From Octopus sinensis (Eukaryota): a stretch of 64,000 nt of DNA. Of this stretch, positions 23,801 to 36,197 are shown one piece after another (position 1 is the first letter of the stretch; each line of letters begins with the position of its first letter). Position numbers and translations under genes: made by a program. The stretch lies in assembly GCF_006345805.1 (NCBI RefSeq), contig NC_043010.1, positions 52,204,001-52,268,000 on the forward strand, read 5' to 3'. A model generated the notes under the pieces. The model saw nothing but the letters and a program-made list of their open reading frames with translations, ran no database searches and was not told where the DNA came from.

Positions 23801-26800
23801 TCAAACGTCACCGTCCAGCTGCAGCATAAATAAATTTGGTCTGCTGGTGTTTCAGGAGGAAGTGCCCAACTCCTGGATGCGATGGGGTTGGTCATGTGAC
23901 AGGTAAATACTCTGCCCACCACAAGCTGTCTGGCTGTCCCTTGGCTGAGAAGAACTTTCTGAAGATGGCAAGCAAAGTGAAAGAGGAACCGGATGCCAGC
24001 ACAGATTCTTCAGATACCAAGTCATCGTTGCCTGCTGTTGTCTCTGGCCCTGGACGGAAGAAGTATGCACTTTGTATATATGTATATAAATATATGTATA
24101 TATATAATATCTTAGTTTCTGTTTAGTTTTTAATTTTTATTTAAATTTAATTAATTGATTTTTTTTTTTCTTTTAATTATCAACCTGCTTGTTTACATGC
24201 TAAGTTATAGTGGTTGTGGCCTAGTTACATATTTGTTATTTTAGCTGTGATGACCAGATAGCTTCTCATTTTATTTGGCTTAGCTGTTACTATGACTGGG
24301 TCATTCTTGAGCTATGCTCGTTTGGTCATTTATTAGACATAACTATGACCAGATAATCTTCAACTGAGATAGCCTCATTAGCCTTATTTATTTAGCTTAG
24401 CTATCATGATGAAGTCATTTTAAGCTGTGTTAGTATGGTCATTATTTGTCATAGCTATAATGACCAGGTCATTTGCAGCTGTGATGGCCTGCTCATTTAT
24501 TTAGCTGTTGAAATTAACCATCTGTTGAGATGGTCATTTTCGGCTATGGTTCATTAGCATTCTGGGCAAAATGCTTAGCAGCATTTCATCCATCTTAGTT
24601 CAAATGCCACTGGGGTCAACTTTACCTTCCATCCTTCCGGGATCAATAAAGTAAGTACCAGCTGAGCACTGGGGTTGATTTAATTGACTTAGTCCCGCCC
24701 TTGAAATTGCTGGCCTTGTGCCAAAATTTGAAACCAGTTTTCAGCTATGGTGGTTTGGTCATTTATTTGTTCATAGCTGTAATGACCAGAATTCCTGCTG
24801 GTTAGCTTGGTTTGAAGAGTCTGTCTTGTGATTCTGACCTGTGATATTCTAATCACATACCCTAGTTCCGGACCTGTGATTTCTAAGTGTGGAGAAGAAG
24901 CAGTGGCTCAACCTTGAGAGACTCCCTGAGCTTTGAGCTATGCACCTGTTGAGTATTATTACTCCAGAAATCCTTTGGAAGATCCCTGTTTTGCGGCAGT
25001 TAGAGTATCAGCTGTAGTAGTAGTATAGGCATTTGCTCAAAGCTGTAGTGATGAGGTCAGTATCGCTATAACGACCAAGTCAATATCAACTGTAGCAGTT
25101 ATTTGCTTATGGATGTAGTGAACAAGTTGATATCAGCTACAATAGTTTAAGTATTTGCTCATAGCCGTAGTGATCAGATCTTTCTTCACTTTTGGTGGCA
25201 CTGTCATTTCTCTGCCATAGTTCTAGTGACTAGTTCTTTTTCAGTTATTGTAGCTGAGATCATTATTAGCTTGTTGGCTTGGTCCTTTTTTTTTTTTTTT
25301 TTTTTATTACTTGCTGGGTTTGGAGGAAGGGGCTTTATGCATGGTTGTCATAGGTTCTCCTAGACCAGTGAAATCAATATTTTCTTGGTCCATTGCAAAT
25401 CACCGCAGCTAAGGCATAAGCAGGGTAGGAATTCTCAAGGGCCGACAGTCTGTGAAAACAGGACCAGGCATAGGCATTTGTGCAGGGCCTGAGGTATTGG
25501 TTATAAGGGTGAAGTGGAGGAATGTCTGAGTAGTGGCATGGGTGAGTGTGTGTTGCAGCAGCACTGTCCCAGAGAGCAAAACTCCATTGTAGGGCCTTGC
25601 CTGAAATTTGTAGAATATCAAATGTTCAGGGCTGGATTATCTTCTGGCCCTGTAGAAGGGCTGTTGTTGGGATATAACTCTAAATAAAGGATAGTCATAT
25701 ATTTGATTCAGCTGTAATGACCAAGCTATTTCAAGCTGTGAAGGCCTGGTAATATATTTAGCATAATTGTAATGACCAGGTCATTTTCAGTTATGGTCAG
25801 CTAAGGTCACCTTATTTATTTATCTGATGTAACTAGTTGACCACTGTCGATGTCCAGTAAATAATCTGTCTATTTACTTGATATTATTGTAATCACATTT
25901 ATGGTCATTTGTAGCTTTGATAACAAATTCATCTTCCATATGCATCAACCTAATCATTGACTCAGCATGGCTGTGGGTTCTTTTTGGTTGTAACTCGATC
26001 ATTTGCATGTTATATTATATATAGCCTGGTCATTAAGTTGTTATAAAATCAGAAAATTATCTATGTAGCTACTTTCAATTCTGATGACCTGGTCACTTAT
26101 AATTATGTTATAGTCGATATTTATGTTATAGCTAGAGCCAGTTACTCTGAATATCTCAGCAGTTACATTTTCTGTAGTGATCAGCTGATTGTTAAACCAG
26201 TTTGTGGTTGTGACTTGTGGTCAGTTACAGTCTCAGCTGTGGCATCTTGGCCATTTATTTGACTTAGCCGAACCTACCAGGTCATTTCCAGCTGGTTTAT
26301 TCCCAGAACTCCTGCTGGTTAGCTTGGCTTGAAGAGTCTGTCTTGTGATTCTGACCTGTGATATTCTAATCACATACCCTAGTTCTGGACCTGTGATTTC
26401 TAAATGTGGAGAAGGAGTAGTGACTCAACCTGGGGAGACTTCCTGAGCTTTGAGCTACGCCCCCTGTTGAGTATTATTACTCCAGAAATCCTTTGGAAGA
26501 TCCCGGTTTTGCAGCAGTTAGTGTCAGGCTCACAATCATGAGGTAGTGAGTTCAATTAGTGGACTGGGTTGTGTGTTGTGTTCTTGAGCAAGACACTTTA
26601 TTTCACGTTGCTTCAGTTCACTCAATGGCAGGAATGAGTTGCAATGCCATCGGTGCCAAGCTCTATCAGCTTTTGTTTTTCTCTTTGACAACATTGGTGG
26701 TGTGGAGAGAGGGGGCTAGATAACAGCTGGTCTTCCATAAACAACCTTGCCCAGACTTGTACCTCAAAGGGTAACTTTCTAGATGCAATCTCATGGTCAT

Positions 26801-27907
26801 CCATGACCGAATAGGGTCTTTACCCTTTTTATTTGCAATTGTACTCTTTTGGTCATTACCCGAGATTTGAGACCATAGATGAGGATAAGCATGGAAACAG
26901 AATTGAAGATGGCAAGTTTGGCTTTTTTATCAACCTCTCTTCTGCTGAGGACCAAATGCCACCTAGGGATAGACTGAAAATGAAGTATTTAAATGATATC
27001 CATAGTCTTGGTTGGTCACTCTTGGAAATCCAGCTAGAAAGTCTAATGATGGTTGCTTCTGATAGAACCCTGTAGAGGAGGTGCTTGAGGACTCTATCCA
27101 TAACCTTCCGAGGAATAGTTGCATGGAGAAGATGGATGGATGGCCAGATTTTCAGCTGTGTTGGCCTGGTCGTTTATTTACCAAGATAAATAGTTGGTCA
27201 GTTTCACTTGCAATGATCCAATCATATATATGGCAGTGTGGTTAAGAAGCTTGTTTCCCAACTGCATGGTTTCAGGTTCAGTCCCTCTGTGCATAGCTTC
27301 ATGGACAATTGTCTTATATAGCCACAGATCAACCAGTGCCTTGTGGGTGGAATTGGTAGGCAGAAACTGAAAGAAACCCGTTATATATATATCCACGTAC
27401 ATATGTATGTTCACACATCTCCCATCACTACTTGACATTTGGTATTGGTTCCGCAAACTTAGTAGTTTTGCAAAAAGAGACTGATAGACTGAGCACTCGA
27501 CTTAAAAATAAATACTGGGGTTGATTAGTTTAACTAAACCCTTCAAGGTGGTACCCCAAGAAGCCACAATCCAATGACTGAAACAAGTAAAAGATAAAAG
27601 ATCTATCTATCTACCTGAGCTTTTGTCAGTTATAGTTGTAATGACCTGGTTATGAACGTAGAGGGGTTAACCTTGTTCTTGTTTATCTTAAAACGCTTTT
27701 TTTAAAAAGTATTGTTATTCTTGGGGATGGTCATATTTTGCCAATTAAACACATGCACTGCATGCCTCTCTTCATTTTTATTATTATTATTATTTTAGTG
27801 TTTTTGTCTAAGCTCTTTCATCATGTATCCTGTGACTTATCATGGGATAGAGAGTCACTGTTGAAGTCACAGGATGTGTGATAAAAAAGCTTAGCCAAAG
27901 ACACTAA

Positions 27908-27938
<31 letters not shown>

Positions 27939-29771
27939 GGCTACAGCAAATATTCTGCTCAATACCACAGATTTGCTTGTCAGTTGTTTGACTGTAACCA
28001 GTCGAGCATGTCCCTTAGTGGCTGATGATATGTGCATCTCTTATCTTTGGGGTTTGAATAATTCACCTCTGGAAATATGGGTGTTTCGTTCAACATCCTT
28101 AAACAACCTTTATTCAGGGACCTTTTGAGCAGGATGGGTTACTCAATCAGAAGAAAATTCTAATTGGGCTCCACCTGCAAGGTCATGTGCTGTTTATCAT
28201 GATATGAGATCACCATGTCGCGCACATATGGTTGTGATGCATGTGCCTGGTGTACCCTTATCAGACGGGTAGTCATGATGGGTATACTGGGCTTCGTATA
28301 TTTTACCCCGGTGTCACTTTGACGGCATGCACTGCTCTCTCATTCAATAATAATAATAATAATAATAATTAATTAATTCGTTTTATTGGCCACAAGGGCT
28401 GACAAAAATTAATTAAAACATAAAGGTGTAAAACACAGGACGAAAGTTACAAAGGGTTTTGTCCGTTTGGAAAAAAGCCCGTGTAAAAAAATGTGCAATA
28501 ACTATGAAAATATGTAACAAATAGAACTCCCAATAGGGGGAGATGCTTCGAAAGGTTACTCGTGGAAAAACACATAAAAGCCACAGGAGCCTGGTCAAAA
28601 GGTGGGGGTAGAGAGCCCCTTTCTCCTTTTAAAGCTGAAGAGAATACCAAACATATAGAGCATGTGTTTAATTGGCAAAATATATCCATCCCCAAGTGTA
28701 GCAATATCTGCTTCAATACACGGTTTCACATCAAGAATCTTGAACAACAAATACATAAGTGTAATTTTTTAAAGCTTTTTTTTTTTTTTTTTTTAAACCT
28801 AGAAATACAAATTTAAATAAAAAATATATTTATAGAATTTTATATTAATATCCTATTAGTTTTAGAATATGTGTGTGAATGGTGTTTTTATGTGCTTGCA
28901 TGTTTGCATGCTTTCTGTTTTGTTTGTTGGTTTTGTTTGTTGGTTGGTTTGTTCACATGATAACCAAAATTAGATAGCTTTCTTAATCTTAGTGATATTT
29001 TGTAATGGTTTTTGCAGCAGTGATGGAGAACTTCCATTATCCAATGATGTTGTTGATGATGATGATAATAATAGTGGCGACGAGGATGAGGTGGCTAAGC
29101 TGCAATCGGATTAGAACCAGAATTGCTAGTTGTCGGATTTGTGGTTGTTGCTGATGTTTAGCTCCAGGTCGATGAGCAAACCTTTGCTCAAATGCATTCC
29201 AGCCATGTTCATCCGATAATTTAGTTTTAGGCACAGTCTATCTTGTAGTACATATCCAAAGTGTCCTTTTTAAAAAATAGTAGGGTGTGACTTGACTGCT
29301 ATTTCTAGCAGAATAACTGACCACATAGTGAGCTTCTTCATTGACTCCATAGAATAGTTAGTGGCTGGTTGTGGTTGTTTTTCTGTTGTTGTTTGGTTCT
29401 AAGTCAGCTTTGATTGAGCAGACCTATCACGAGAGACATTCCAACTCTGACCATCTAGTCTTTTTCATATGTTGAGAGAACCTGGGGCAATATCATCCTT
29501 AGTAGTTTTTTTTTAAGATGGTAGGGCGTGATATGAGGGAGATTTGGTTCTATTTCCTGCAATAGCTTTGTGAGACGCTATCGTACATTAAATTCAAATA
29601 ACGATGAATGTAAACAAACAAACGAAGTTTGCTTTAGAAGCGTTGAGATGTCTTAGAAAGTTAAAGAAGTGATTTTAAATTCTCAATCGCAGGATAATGC
29701 TAATAATATAGCCCGAACAGGATAAGCTACCCCTATTTTGCACAAATAAGTGTTGGCAGCCGGCTGTTCTT

Positions 29772-29812
<41 letters not shown>

Positions 29813-32800
29813 AGACACTTCTTTCAAAAGTTCCTGTGTTTGTTATCACACATTCACCTGTGTCGTTTAAACTATGTAAAACATTTGAAAAAGAACCTGA
29901 GCTGTTTCTTGCAATACATACATCTAAAGCAAAAAATTTTTCTTGGATCCTTAAAATATTACCACGGGCCCCCAGTTTACTATTTTGCTTGCTCGGACCA
30001 CTAAAAAATCTTATATGCACTCTCAGGGGTCGTATGGATCCCAGTTGAGGATCATTGATGTAAAGTCTTTTACATTGGTCACTAGCTATGGTATTTTCAG
30101 GAAAATCCTATTTTAGAAGTAAACTAGTCGTCCTCTAGAAAATTTAGATTTTAAATTAAGATACAACTTCTTTCCCACTCTCACATTCTGTTCGTTATTG
30201 AGGCTGTGGATGGCTGAGGTACCATTGCTGTTATTGCTGGCATTATTGTCACCACCATCATCATCATCGTCATCATGATCATGGCCACTAATTGTTATCA
30301 TTATTGCTCTCATTGTTGTTTGTTATGATTGCTGTAACCCACATTGTCATTGTCATCATTACAGTTACTGTCATCGTCATCACCACCATCATCATCATTA
30401 TCACCACCACCACCACACTGCCACTATCACCATCATCATCATTATATTAAAACTACTGACCATTTTACTTGTTCATCAAACAAACCACTTACTCTTTGAC
30501 CCTATTTCGTCTCTCCCCTGCCCCTCTTCCTCTCTGGACTTCTGTTAATTGTATTCTTTGCTCCAGTGAACTTTGGAACTGGTTGGGTTGAAAGTATGGA
30601 GTCTTGTATTGATCCAGACTTAGAATTTCATTTTGACTATCAGAACCTGTGATGTATATTTACTTCATGTGTTATGTATGGGTTGCATGGGTTTGTAAAT
30701 TTGTGCCATATCCCCTCTACTTACTTGTATATGTGGTGGCATTCACCTGGGGTGGATTGAGCTGACTCTAGCCAATGAGTGTTCGGTGTTTCGTGGGGAA
30801 ACAAGTTCACATATGATCCCTGGCCACATGCACAAACACAGACACACATATCATCATCATCACACTCACCCTTTTGTGTCTAATTTCCATCACTCTCTGA
30901 GTTGCTACTGTTTATAAGGTCTAGGTGCTCCTTTGGCTTGATGTCTATGGTTGGGTTCCCTTCCTTATTGACAACCACTTTACAAAGTGTAACCTGGTGC
31001 ATTTTCTTATGGCAGCAACATTTCAGGGACCTCCTAATTTATACTTATTTGTACTTGCAATGGCATTTACCCAGGGTGGGTTGAGCCAACTCAAGCCAGC
31101 GTCATGTTTGGAATTTTCAGTGGGGAAACAAGTTCACATGTGGTTCCTGACCACATGCATACACATTTTGGGATAGTGTAATCCATAGCAGCTCATCTTG
31201 CCGTCGGTTGTTGGAGAGGATTTACTGACCAAGTCACTACTGATTATCAGAGCAGACATAACCTGGGTTTGAAGTTGGTTCTAGAGACATGCTTTAACAA
31301 AAGCTAAGGAGTGTCTCACTCCCTCTGGTCTGCCAGCATGTCAGACACCAATCTGGAATTTCTGAGAGCCCATGCATGCTATTGCTAAACAGTCATCAAA
31401 CCTACACTAGTTTCATCCATCCTTTTGACAGGTCTTGTTTTTAGTCCTGCTGGGTTTCTAACAACCCTCTTCACCGGGCAAGCTTGGATGTTTGGGGGCA
31501 TTTTAGTTGCTGTCAACTTGACTGTCCAACATGTTTTACTGGAATCCGTGTTACCAGTGGCATTCGTGAGAGACCTCACAACTGACCTGACACATGCTGT
31601 TGAGTCAGAAATGTTGATGGAGAACTTTTGTTGCTGGTTTTATTGTTTGCTATAAACAATATCCCCTCTCCTTCTCATACAGTGTAGTCTTTTCATCAAC
31701 TTACACCCTCTGACTGAATATGTACTTAAGGGCATTGAAGATGATTATGATGATAATAATTGTGATATTGGAAATACAAGCCTTAAAAAAAAAATTTTTT
31801 TTAGCATTTAAATCGCCCATATCTGGTCAAAATATTTTACAAGTTTTATGTTCAAACTGACCAGATCTGGCCTCTCACACTAACCCTACAATATCATTCT
31901 AAAAATTAGCAGTAACCTCATCAAAATCTCAAAGCTACAAAATAACTTATGCTTAATCCAAAACTACGTGAATAAACAGTGTGAATGCTAAAAGGTTAAA
32001 CCAGCCATTTCTGGCCCAGACATTCTACTTCTTTGATGTTCAAACTGACCAGATCCAGCCTCTCACACCTACCCTACAATGTTGTTCAAAATAATAAGTG
32101 CATCATTAAAAATCTTGAAGCTACAAGATAATGCAATTCAAAACAATGTGATTAAATAAGTATTACATTCAACAGAATAATTTGAATGCTAAAGGCTCAA
32201 ATGTTTTTTATGCATCTTTTTCTTTATTACTGAATCTTTTTGTTACCATATTTCTTTTGAAATAGCCTGGCTTTGTTTCAATTGATTTTAAAAATAAAGA
32301 AGATAGTGAAATAATTTTGTCCTTATTAAACTGGTATTTAGGACACAAATTAATACGAAATTTTGAAGAGAGGTTTTAAGTTTAAATCACTTAAAAACAG
32401 GAAGCTTCTATCATGACACCAGGGGCCGTCTGAAGCGGGTTGATATCAAAAGGGTTAATTTCAAATTTAAACTTCTAATCCTGCCTGGTGGTATGAAGAA
32501 ACGATTATCTCCCTTGTGTTAACTACTCACTAGAGGACACCATGTGTTTGATGCACACACACACACACACATATTGAATTTAACTAAGAAGGTTTGGTAT
32601 GTGTGGTGGTGATGATGACGATGGGATCATAATGAATGAACTAAGATGTGCATGTGTATTTGTATTAAAACCAGTATGTGTATGTAAAAATATATGTATG
32701 CACTTGCACAAATATATGTATATATGCATACAGACATCCTGTTTACACAAATAAATACAACTAGACACACATGGAATACCATAAATCCTTGAGTATAATC

Positions 32801-33809
32801 CGCATTTTATTCCCAAAATTTAAAGGTCAAAATCCCTAGTGCATACTATATACGAGGTTAAAAATGAAAAATATCTTCTAAGCAATGTCCAAGTCTCTAT
32901 TTGCTGTCTGGCTATGTTTATTCAGACGCATTTTGTGATGTCGGGCGCGAAAATACCTTAAGCTAAGCCTGAAAGCAATGAAGTCATAAAAGAATCATCC
33001 ATAACTTGCAGTAAGCAACATTTATTAAAATAAAAATATTCAAAACACAGAATAACATGTAGCAAAAACAATTTGCAAACATATTTGCATTCCCATATAA
33101 CAGTTAAGAACATCACCATTATTGTATTATGCATACGTGGAAGTGTTTGTTCGACTAGGTGCTGCTGGATTAATTACACATGACTCAAGTTAGAGAAGGG
33201 GTGCGTATTATACACAAGGTTTAGGTTTTTCAGAAGTACAGCCCCCCCAAAATGCCCTGCATATTATATTCAAGGGCGGACTATACGTAAGGATTTATGG
33301 TATATACGAAATAAACATACTGACACAAAACTATGTGAATTTGAAGATAATTTATCTGATGTATTATATCTACGTACCTGTCTGTCTCACTGCATGCATG
33401 CATACATGGTTTTGTGGTGAAAAAGCATGTTCCCCAGCCATGTAGTCTCCTTCAATTGAGTCCTGTTGCACAATACTTTGAGAAATTTCTCTTGTATTGT
33501 AGCTATTGGCAGACCAAAGCCCTGCGAGTGTATTTGGTTGACAGAAACTGAAAGAAGCCCATCATATTTTTTTTTTGTTCTTTTATTCTTTTACTTGTTT
33601 CAGTTATTAGACTGCAGCCATGCTGGAGCACTGCCTTATAGAATTCTACTTGAATGAATTAACCCCAGTGTAATATTTAAAAAAATATTTTTTTTAAAGC
33701 TTGGTGCTTATTCTATCAGTCTTTTTTGCTAAACCGTTAAGTTACAGGGTTGTAAACACACCCTCATGTACATACACACAAAAATACACATACATACATG
33801 TGTGTGTGA

Positions 33810-33861
<52 letters not shown>

Positions 33862-35990
33862 GCACACACACACATACAACAGGCTTCTTTCAGTTACCAT
33901 CTACCAAATCCACTCACAAGGCTTTTGGTTGGTCTAAAGTTATAGTAGAAGCCACTTTACCCACAATTCCACACAGTGGGACTGAACCCAGAACCATGTG
34001 GTTGGGAAGCAAGCTTCTAACCACATAGTCACATCTGCACCTATAAAAGAACATTTGACATTTATGTATGTGTGTGTGTGTTTGTACCCTGCGCTCGATA
34101 TCATATAATGGTTATAAATGAACAACTTTGTCACTCAAGTGATGTTGTTCATTTCCAGTCTTCCATGGAAAAACATGTCTGGCCATGAGGAAATATTACC
34201 TTGCTTGGAAACAGGTGAAGGTTGGTGACCTAAAGAGCATCTGGCTCAAAGAAAATCTGCCTCAATGAATTGTCACTCGCTCGTGCAAGCATGAAAAAGT
34301 GGATGTTTGACGATGATGATGATGTATAGTGTTTGTGTGTGTGTGTGTGTGTGCGTGTGTGTGTGTGCGTGCATATGCGCTTGTTTCTCTCTGATTGGTT
34401 TTTGAAAAAACAAAAACAATTAAAAATTTTTAATTTTTCAGTTTCAAAATCTCATTGAGATTAATAATAGTTTAATGCAGTGTTTCTCAGCACATTTTTG
34501 TCCTACATCTCTCTTAGAGCTTCCAAAGTGTGTGCCTCCACCATGTACAGATAAAGTAGGATATAGCGCTGGTGACAAGTAAAAGGCACCCTCTGCACTC
34601 TCGGAGTGGTTGGTATTAGGAAAGGCATCCAGCCAAAGAAGCCAAGCTAAGCCAAACCAAACTGAAGCTTAGTACATCTTACCTGTTCTAGTTAGACTTA
34701 ACCCATGCTAGCATCAAAAACAGACACTAAATGATGATGATTGTATACACACACACACACACATTATGTGAAGGTGCATGGCCTAGAGGTTAGGGTGTCG
34801 CACTCACAATGACTAGATTGTGGGTTTCCCAATTCAACCTTACAATGTCATTCTGACATTGAAATTTTGAAGCTTCGAAATAATGCTTAATTAACTGCAA
34901 ACAATGTGAATTTATAAGTATCACATTTGAATAATCTGAATGTCAAAATGGCTATTATTAGGACTGTGTGAGTGAGAGAAAGAGATGGTGGTGTGAATTC
35001 GAGTGATTTAATTACAAGCAGTATTTACTCCTGTACTTCTTAAAACTAATGTTTCTTGACAGTTGATGTTACAGATAGATATGATATGCATGAGTAAGAT
35101 AGAATTCTGGGATCAAATGGTCACATGTAGGTTGCCTCATTGGGTGTCTCTGATATATGATTGGAAAGAAGTAGAGATTGGATATCTAATCTGTTATCAA
35201 GTCAGCCAAACATTAAATGTGTGGGTGGTGCAGGCATGGCTGTGCGGGGTGAAGAGGTTTGCTTTTGCAACTGCGCAGTTCTGGGTTCAATCCCACTGCA
35301 ATGTCACACATACAAGCGGTGCCTAACTTTGAAACTGAGGGTTGGGGACAGGAAAGGCATCTGGCAAACATAGAAAGGTAGACATTGGAATGATGATGAT
35401 GATATGTGCACATGTAAATGTTTCCTGCTGTAGCTTTTGCCTGGCCTATGTTTTGTAAGTGGAATTTGATAGACAGAAACTATTCACGAGTGTGTGTGTG
35501 TGTCTTAGTGAATATTAAATTTGTTTCTATGTTGAACCATAAAGAACCACATGTGTATAAAGTTGCAGGTGTGGACAGGCATTGGTGTGGCTGTGTGGTT
35601 AAGAAGCTTGTTTTCCAACGATTTGGTTCCAGGTTCAGTCCTACTGTGTAGCTCCTTGGGCATATGTCTTCTACTATAGCCCTGGGCTAACCAACACTTT
35701 GTGAGCTGTTATGGTAGACTGAAACTGAAAGAAGCCTCTGTGTGTGTGTGTGTGTGTGTGTGTGTCCTTGTCTTGTCATGTGATTATTGCAGACAAGTGT
35801 CACCATCATACAAGCGGTGCCTTACTTTGAAACCAGTGAGGGTTGGTGACAGGAAAGGCATCTGGCTTGCAAACTTAGAGAGGTAGACATTAATATGATG
35901 ATATGTGCACATATATGCATATGTATATAGATATGTATGAATATATGTAATGTGTGTGTGTGCGTGTGTGTACATACATACATACATATA

Positions 35991-36049
<59 letters not shown>

Positions 36050-36162
36050 ATGATGATATATATATATATAATGGAGTGAATATTCAAATGAATAGTCATA
36101 AAGATCTTATCAGTGACAAATCTAAATAATTGATAGCAACAGTAACATTAATAGCAGTAAGC

Positions 36163-36197
<35 letters not shown>

